Below, one piece after another: positions 7,945 to 13,684 of a DNA stretch of 32,000 nt (positions are counted from its first letter, which is position 1; every line of letters starts with the position of its first letter). Location: positions 1,410,001-1,442,000 of the forward strand of contig FP565575.1 of the NCBI GenBank assembly GCA_000091165.1, in the 5' to 3' direction. Below the pieces are notes generated by a model. It saw nothing but the letters and a program-made list of their open reading frames with translations. It did not search any database and was not told the DNA's origin. A program made the translations under genes and the position numbers. The DNA is from Candidatus Methylomirabilis oxygeniifera. Lineage in GTDB: Bacteria > Methylomirabilota > Methylomirabilia > Methylomirabilales > Methylomirabilaceae.

Positions 7945-8826
7945 ATGAGGATGACAGGCACGCGCGCCAACAGGCACGAGCGGGTCACCCAGGCAGCGTC
8001 ACCTACGGTGTCGAGACGGGCCTTTCTCGGTCTCGCCTCGACGCTGATCGCCTTAGAGTGGGCCGACATTGCATTCGCCCTGGAGCCGCAAGCTCCCGAC
8101 AATTCGAATCAACCGACTCCCCCTGAACAGGCATACCCGCTTGACCTTAAGGTGCCGCCCTTCACTCGCAACGGCGCAAATGTCCCGATCGTTGTTGAAA
8201 TGCGCCACCCGATGAACCCGGACCACTATATCAAGAGCCTTCAGATCCTGAATGAAGCCGATCCGATCCCATCAAAAGGAATCTTTCACTTGAGCCCGGC
8301 GAACGGTCGGGCCTATCTCTCAATGCAAGCCCGCATGAACAGCGGTACCTCCACGGTGCTGGCCATTGCCGAATGCACCCGACATGGTCGGTGGACGACA
8401 AGCCGACCCATCACGATTCCTGAAGGAGAGGGAGGGTGCGCAACCGGAACTGAAGGGGATGATCATGGATCGTCGGATGACGGCATCCGCCCACCGGTCA
8501 TCCGAATCCCCGAGCTGGTCGATCGCGGACAGGTCAGGCGGGGCGAGATCATCCGGGTGCAGATGAACGTCAAGCACCCGAGTCGGACCGGCTTAACCCA
8601 TCAAGGCACGACATTTCGTCACACCGCCGATCCCTTCTATCTGAAAGAAATGACCGTATTGTATGGGGATCGTCTGATCAGTCGTTATGAGATGACGCCC
8701 GCCATCAGCGACAATCCGTTCATTACCTTTGCATTGAGGGCGTCGGAACAATCCGCCATCCGGATTGTCGTCACCAACAGTCGCGGTCAACAGTTCCAGG
8801 CTACGCAAGAGGTGGCACTCACGTGA
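7945..8826 (+). CDS. Tat-exported fused SoxY-SoxZ-like sulfur-carrier protein
   Basis: Tat signal VSRRAFLGLAS. The N-half matches the SoxY pattern (LKVPPFTRNGANVPIVVE, ILNEADPIPSKGIF, VLAIAEC..., ITIPEGEGGC with Cys165 at 8437-8439). An acidic Gly/Asp linker follows. The C-half matches the SoxZ pattern (GEIIRVQMNVKHPSRTGL, YGDRLISRYEMTPAISDNPFITFAL). Confidence 0.75.
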   Translation: MRMTGTRANRHERVTQAASPTVSRRAFLGLASTLIALEWADIAFALEPQAPDNSNQPTPPEQAYPLDLKVPPFTRNGANVPIVVEMRHPMNPDHYIKSLQILNEADPIPSKGIFHLSPANGRAYLSMQARMNSGTSTVLAIAECTRHGRWTTSRPITIPEGEGGCATGTEGDDHGSSDDGIRPPVIRIPELVDRGQVRRGEIIRVQMNVKHPSRTGLTHQGTTFRHTADPFYLKEMTVLYGDRLISRYEMTPAISDNPFITFALRASEQSAIRIVVTNSRGQQFQATQEVALT

Positions 8827-8903
8827 GCCGGACTCCGACTCTGGAGCTGTCACATGGCTCTATTATAATAACGACAACCCCCTGAACAACCGGGAGAGAG
8901 ACA

Positions 8904-9929
8904 ATGGAGCGATGGGTACGAGGCATGCTGATCGCTGCTGCCCTGCTGCTTATCGGCGGCGTTGTTAGTCGAAGTGTGGCGCAGGGACCGTACAAACTTA
9001 CACTACCCTTGGGGCTGCAGAAAGAGGCTGCCTACGTCCCTCCGGATAATCCGCTCACAGCAGAAAAGATCGAACTCGGGCGACAACTGTTCTTTGACGG
9101 TCGACTCTCTGCGGATGGAACCGTGTCCTGCGCCACCTGCCACGCGCCGGATAACGGGTTTTCAGACGGACGGCCGACCTCTATAGGGATTAAGGGACAG
9201 GTAGGCAGCCGCAACGCACCCACCACGGTCAATCGTCTCTTCAGCCAGGAGCAGTTCTGGGATGGTCGGGCCGCTTCACTGGAAGAGCAGGCGCTGGGTC
9301 CGATCAAGAATCCTATCGAGATGGGCAATACGCTAAACGGGATGACGGCCACGCTTTCTTCGATTAAAGGATACCGCGAGCAGTTCAAACGGGTATTTGG
9401 GACAGACGTCAACGCAGCGGGTGTGGCGAAGGCTATCGCGGCATTCGAGCGGAGCCTGGTGTGCGGCAATTCGGCATTCGACAGATATGAAGACGGCGAC
9501 GACGCGGCGCTCTCAGAGAGTGAGCAGCGAGGACTTGAGATCTTTCGGGAGAGAGGCAATTGCGCACGATGCCACACCGGCTTTGCATTTACCGATGAGC
9601 GGTACCACAACATCGGCGTAGGTATGGACACGTCGAACCCGGATCTCGGACGGTATGCAATGACCAGGAAAGAATCGGACAAGGGAGCGTTTAAGACGCC
9701 GACCCTGCGCGATATCGCCGCCAGCGCCCCCTATTTCCACGACGGAAGCACCAAGAGCCTGGACGATGTCGTCGAGTTCTACGATCGGGGCGGCACGAAG
9801 AACCCGAACCTGTCGAACGAGATCAAACGACTTCTCTTGTCGGCCCCGGAAAAAGCCGACCTTGTGGCGTTTCTGAAATCACTGAGCTGCCCGGATCTCA
9901 AGGTAGCCGCGCCCACTCTACCGAAGTAG
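8904..9929 (+). CDS. di-haem cytochrome c peroxidase (CCP/MauG family), paralogue 2
   Basis: Signal peptide, CATCH and CARCH haem motifs, and the same conserved blocks as paralogue 1. About 70 % aa identity by eye, with identical nucleotide runs such as AATCGTCTCTTCAGCCAGGAGCAGTTCTGGGA in both. Confidence 0.9.
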   Translation: MERWVRGMLIAAALLLIGGVVSRSVAQGPYKLTLPLGLQKEAAYVPPDNPLTAEKIELGRQLFFDGRLSADGTVSCATCHAPDNGFSDGRPTSIGIKGQVGSRNAPTTVNRLFSQEQFWDGRAASLEEQALGPIKNPIEMGNTLNGMTATLSSIKGYREQFKRVFGTDVNAAGVAKAIAAFERSLVCGNSAFDRYEDGDDAALSESEQRGLEIFRERGNCARCHTGFAFTDERYHNIGVGMDTSNPDLGRYAMTRKESDKGAFKTPTLRDIAASAPYFHDGSTKSLDDVVEFYDRGGTKNPNLSNEIKRLLLSAPEKADLVAFLKSLSCPDLKVAAPTLPK

Positions 9930-9931
9930 TT

Positions 9932-9996
9932 TAGGCTGAAGACTGAAGGCTTTTGGGTAAATCCATTACCTCTTGATATCTTCAGTCTTCAGCCTA
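9932..9996. terminator. 17-bp perfect inverted repeat between convergent peroxidase-2 and ppdK (candidate bidirectional terminator)
   Basis: TAGGCTGAAGACTGAAG (9932-9948) pairs with CTTCAGTCTTCAGCCTA (9980-9996), with a 31-nt loop. A T-run (GTTTTTA, 10003-10009) follows on the + strand. The element sits between stop codons at 9929 (+) and 10015 (-). Confidence 0.45.
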
Positions 9997-10014
9997 CGGC
10001 CTGTTTTTATCGAC

Positions 10015-12672
10015 CTACTTCTCCCCCATCTCTTTGATCTTCACCTGCCTCTTCAGAACGGCATGGGCCGCCGCCAGCTTGGCGATGGGAACACGGTACG
10101 GGGAGCAGCTTACGTAATCCAGGCCCAACCGGTGACAGAGATCGACGGAGTTGGGCTCGCCCCCATGCTCCCCGCAGATACCGACCTCCAACTGTGGCTT
10201 GGCCCGGCGACCTTTTTCTATGCCGATCCGCATGAGCGCCCCCACTCCCTCTTCGTCGAGAACGGCGAACGGGTCCGTCGGAAGGATGCCCTGTTCCAAA
10301 TACAGGGGCAGGAACCGGCCGGCGTCGTCGCGTGAGAAGCCGAAGGTCGTCTGGGTCAGGTCGTTCGTGCCGAAGGAGAAGAAATCGGCCGCCTCGGCAA
10401 TCTGATCGGCCACCAGCACCGCCCTTGGGAGCTCGATCATGGTCCCCACAAGGTAGCGAACCTTCACCCGATACTCCTTCATCACCTCTCGAGCCACCCG
10501 GTCCACAATCTCCCGCTGAAGCCGCAGCTCTTTCACGTGGCCGACAAGAGGAATCATGATCTCCGGGAATGGACGCTTCCCTTCCCGTTTGAGTTCGCAG
10601 GCCGCCTCAAAGATCGCCCGCGCCTGCATCTCGGTAATCTCAGGATGGCTGATCCCGAGACGACAACCACGATGGCCCAGCATCGGATTAAACTCGTGAA
10701 GGATGCGAACCTTTTCCTTGAGCGCCTCCTCCGATACCCCCATGTGCTCAGCGACCTTTCGAATCTCCTCGTCCTTTCTCGGGAGGAACTCATGCAATGG
10801 GGGATCCAATGTCCTGATAATCACAGGGAGCCCGTTCATGATCTCGAAGATCGCCTTGAAGTCCTGCTTCTGCATCGGCAGCAGCTTGGCCAAAGCCTTC
10901 CGCCGCTCGTCAGCGTCCTTCGCGAGGATCATCTCTCGCACGGCCACGATCCGATCTCCCTCGAAGAACATGTGTTCGGTCCGACAGAGTCCTATTCCTT
11001 CGGCCCCGAACTGTCGCGTGACCCGAGCATCTGTCGGCGTATCGGCGTTGGTCCTGATACCGATCTTCCGAAAGCCGTCCGCCCACCCGATCAGGGCGCC
11101 GAACTCACCAGTCAGTTCCTCAGGTTGGGTCAGCTCCACCTCTCCGATAATGACATCTCCCGTCGTACCATCGATCGTGATCGAGTCTCCCCGTCGGACA
11201 GTCAGATTCGCCACTTGGAAGTACCCGTCTTCCTCATTGACGAAGATGTCGGTGCAGCCGGCAACGCAGGCTTTCCCCATACCGCGAGCCACCACAGCGG
11301 CATGGCTGGTCAGGCCTCCCCGAGCCGTGAGGATCCCCTGGGCAGCCACCATCCCCGCGATATCCTCCGGAGAGGTTTCGGGTCTGACCAGAACGACCTT
11401 CTCGCGCCGCTCCGCGGCCTCGACCGCCTCCTCCGCCGTAAAGACCGCCTTCCCGACGGCGGCGCCAGGTGAAGCCGGCAGGCCCTTCGCAATCGTGCGG
11501 ACCTGTAACTTCGGATCGATCCTTGGGTGCAGCAGTTGTTCGAGTTGCCACGGCTCCACCCGCAGGACGGCCATCTTTCGGTCAATCAGACGCTCCTTCG
11601 CCATATCCACGGCAATCTTGATGGCGGCGTGGGCCGTCCTTTTGCCGACGCGACACTGCAGCATGTAGAGCGTTCCGTTCTCGATGGTGAACTCAATGTC
11701 CATCATGTCGCGATAATGGCGCTCCAGGGTCCGGCAAATCCGCTCGAACTCTCGGTAGACGCGAGGCCAGGCCTCCTTCAGGTCCGTAATGGGGCGTGGC
11801 GTCCTGATGCCCGCCACCACATCTTCGCCTTGGGCATTCTGGAGAAACTCGCCGTAGATCCGCCGCTCCCCGATCGACGGATCGCGGGTAAAGGCCACGC
11901 CCGTTCCGGAGTCTTCGCCCAGATTGCCGAAGACCATCGCCTGCACGTTGACGGCAGTACCCCAGTCATCCGGTACCTTGTAGATCCGCCGATACTCAAT
12001 CGCCCGCTTATTGTGCCACGACTCGAACACGGCGCTGATCGCCAGGCGAAGCTGTTCCTTGGGATCCTGCGGAAACTCCTGGTCCGCCTCCCGCCGCACC
12101 ACCTCTTTGAACTGCTCCACCAACTCCATGAGATCCTCAGCCGTCAGTTCCGTATCGGCCGTCACCCGTTTCTTCCGTTTCATCTCGCTGAGGAGTCCTT
12201 CAAATGCCGTCTTTTTGATACCCAGCACCACGTCTCCGAACATCTGGAGCAGTCGTCGGTAGCTGTCATAGGCAAAGCGGGGATTTTGAGAACGTCTGAT
12301 GAGACCCTGAACCGTCTTGTCGTTTAACCCCAGGTTCAAGACGGTATCCATCATTCCGGGCATTGAGATTCTCGCGCCTGAACGGACGGAAACCAGGAGG
12401 GGGTCTTTCAAATCGCCGAACCGCTTCCCCATGGCGCGTTCCAGCTTGGCGACTTGCGTCTCGACCTCGGACCAGAGCCCGCGCGGGAAGCGTCGGCCCT
12501 GCTTGAAGTATTCGATGCAGGTGTCGGTTGAGATGGTAAAGCCGGGCGGTACGGGGATCTTGAGGGCGGTCATTTCATGGAGATTCGCCCCTTTTCCCCC
12601 AAGAAGATTCTTCTGCTCCGCTCTGCCTTCCGCCCGACCCTTTCCAAAAAAGTACGTATATTTCTTTGCCAT
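10015..12672 (-). CDS. ppdK: pyruvate, phosphate dikinase
   Basis: The N-terminus MAKKYTYFFGKG..AEG....LLGGKGANLHEMT is typical of PPDK. It has the catalytic-His region GGLTSHAAVVARGMGK and the PEP-utilising C-terminal TIM barrel (GTNDLTQ, CGEHGG). ATG 12672 is preferred over the upstream ATG 12690 (six extra codons, MGETKG) by comparison with known PPDK N-termini. Confidence 0.93.
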   Translation of the reverse strand: MAKKYTYFFGKGRAEGRAEQKNLLGGKGANLHEMTALKIPVPPGFTISTDTCIEYFKQGRRFPRGLWSEVETQVAKLERAMGKRFGDLKDPLLVSVRSGARISMPGMMDTVLNLGLNDKTVQGLIRRSQNPRFAYDSYRRLLQMFGDVVLGIKKTAFEGLLSEMKRKKRVTADTELTAEDLMELVEQFKEVVRREADQEFPQDPKEQLRLAISAVFESWHNKRAIEYRRIYKVPDDWGTAVNVQAMVFGNLGEDSGTGVAFTRDPSIGERRIYGEFLQNAQGEDVVAGIRTPRPITDLKEAWPRVYREFERICRTLERHYRDMMDIEFTIENGTLYMLQCRVGKRTAHAAIKIAVDMAKERLIDRKMAVLRVEPWQLEQLLHPRIDPKLQVRTIAKGLPASPGAAVGKAVFTAEEAVEAAERREKVVLVRPETSPEDIAGMVAAQGILTARGGLTSHAAVVARGMGKACVAGCTDIFVNEEDGYFQVANLTVRRGDSITIDGTTGDVIIGEVELTQPEELTGEFGALIGWADGFRKIGIRTNADTPTDARVTRQFGAEGIGLCRTEHMFFEGDRIVAVREMILAKDADERRKALAKLLPMQKQDFKAIFEIMNGLPVIIRTLDPPLHEFLPRKDEEIRKVAEHMGVSEEALKEKVRILHEFNPMLGHRGCRLGISHPEITEMQARAIFEAACELKREGKRPFPEIMIPLVGHVKELRLQREIVDRVAREVMKEYRVKVRYLVGTMIELPRAVLVADQIAEAADFFSFGTNDLTQTTFGFSRDDAGRFLPLYLEQGILPTDPFAVLDEEGVGALMRIGIEKGRRAKPQLEVGICGEHGGEPNSVDLCHRLGLDYVSCSPYRVPIAKLAAAHAVLKRQVKIKEMGEK

Positions 12673-12725
12673 TCCCTTTGTCTCCCCCATGAGTTTGGAC
12701 TATGACATCAGACGATAGACGCCGA

Positions 12726-12852
12726 GGGTGGGCGGCGGTTAGCAATGCGTCGTCGCTGGTCGGCGAAGCACGGACAGCGCAGCCGACCAGCGCCGATTCG
12801 AGCCGTACAGGGACGTACGGCGAGATTAAGCGGAGTCAACTGCCGCCCACCC
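12726..12852. other. highly structured GC-rich intergenic element (nested hairpins closed by a long outer stem)
   Basis: The outer stem pairs GGGTGGGCGGC (12726-12736) with GCCGCCCACCC (12842-12852), extendable by four more pairs. Inner hairpin 1 pairs GCTGGTCGGC (12755-12764) with GCCGACCAGC (12782-12791). Inner hairpin 2 pairs GCCGTAC (12802-12808) with GTACGGC (12815-12821). It lies between the cupredoxin-2 stop and the ppdK start. Confidence 0.5.
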
Positions 12853-12888
12853 CTGAGCCATAACCAGTAGACTCCGTAGTGAGCCCGA

Positions 12889-13614
12889 CTACTGCTTCGT
12901 CAGTTCGACGTTCAGCTTTGTCTCCTGCTTTGCCTTGACGACGACGTCCTGGACCTTCTTGCCCAGCGTCTCCTGCCAGACCTCGAGTTTATAGCTGCCC
13001 GGCGGAACATCGCTCAGAGTAAACTCGCCTTTGTCGTTGGTGACCGCCACATACGGATGGTCGGACACAACGACCCAGCCGAGCATCCAGCTATGAGCAT
13101 CGCAGGTCACCTTGACAATCTCCGGTTTCGCAAATTTTTCAGTCAACACCTTCTTGAATTTCGGCTGAGCCTTGTTGATCGACGAGTTCGCCTTGCTGTA
13201 GGTATGAATATTATGGAGAATCCCGTCATTGTTCAGGATCTCCAGTTCGCCGGCGGCGGGCATGACCACGACATGCGGCTCGTAGACGCACCCGTTTTGA
13301 TCCAGCGTGGCTTTCGTGATCGTCCACTTCTTCCCAGTTTTCATATCCAGCAGACTCACCACGGCATTTTCAATCCCTTTGTTCGGACCCACTATGAGAT
13401 CATAGCTCAGGTGCTGTTTTTTCCCGCACACTTCTTTGTCCTTCGTCACCTGGAGCTCTTTCCGCGCCGGTGCAGTCCCGGCAAACTTGATGGTACCGGT
13501 GATGGTCCCGCCGTCTTTGATCTCGCCGCCCTCGTAAGCTGAAACCTGAGCGGCAGTCCCAATGAACAAGCTCGCCACCACAGTCGCTGCAAGCATTCCG
13601 CGTATCCTGTACAT
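12889..13614 (-). CDS. secreted cupredoxin-like protein with carboxypeptidase-regulatory-like domain, paralogue 2 (last gene of the bc-type operon)
   Basis: AAGGAGG lies 9 nt upstream. Signal peptide (…AQVSA/YE). It carries ILHNIHTY and CDAHSWM (C-x2-H-x2-M) and the C-terminus KGEFTLSDVPPGSYKLEVWQE. It is 241 aa, collinear with ORF 5417..6142. Confidence 0.7.
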   Translation of the reverse strand: MYRIRGMLAATVVASLFIGTAAQVSAYEGGEIKDGGTITGTIKFAGTAPARKELQVTKDKEVCGKKQHLSYDLIVGPNKGIENAVVSLLDMKTGKKWTITKATLDQNGCVYEPHVVVMPAAGELEILNNDGILHNIHTYSKANSSINKAQPKFKKVLTEKFAKPEIVKVTCDAHSWMLGWVVVSDHPYVAVTNDKGEFTLSDVPPGSYKLEVWQETLGKKVQDVVVKAKQETKLNVELTKQ

Positions 13615-13684
13615 CGAACATCGCCTCCTTCTGTAGGTATGTGGCTCAGTGTCGTCGAACTTCTCGGTACGCCGATAGTATAAA

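Noticed and set aside
10537-12327. Several 266-321-aa + strand ORFs (10537..11472, 10703..11668, 11527..12327)
   Set aside because: All are antisense to ppdK, which is continuous and full-length on the minus strand.
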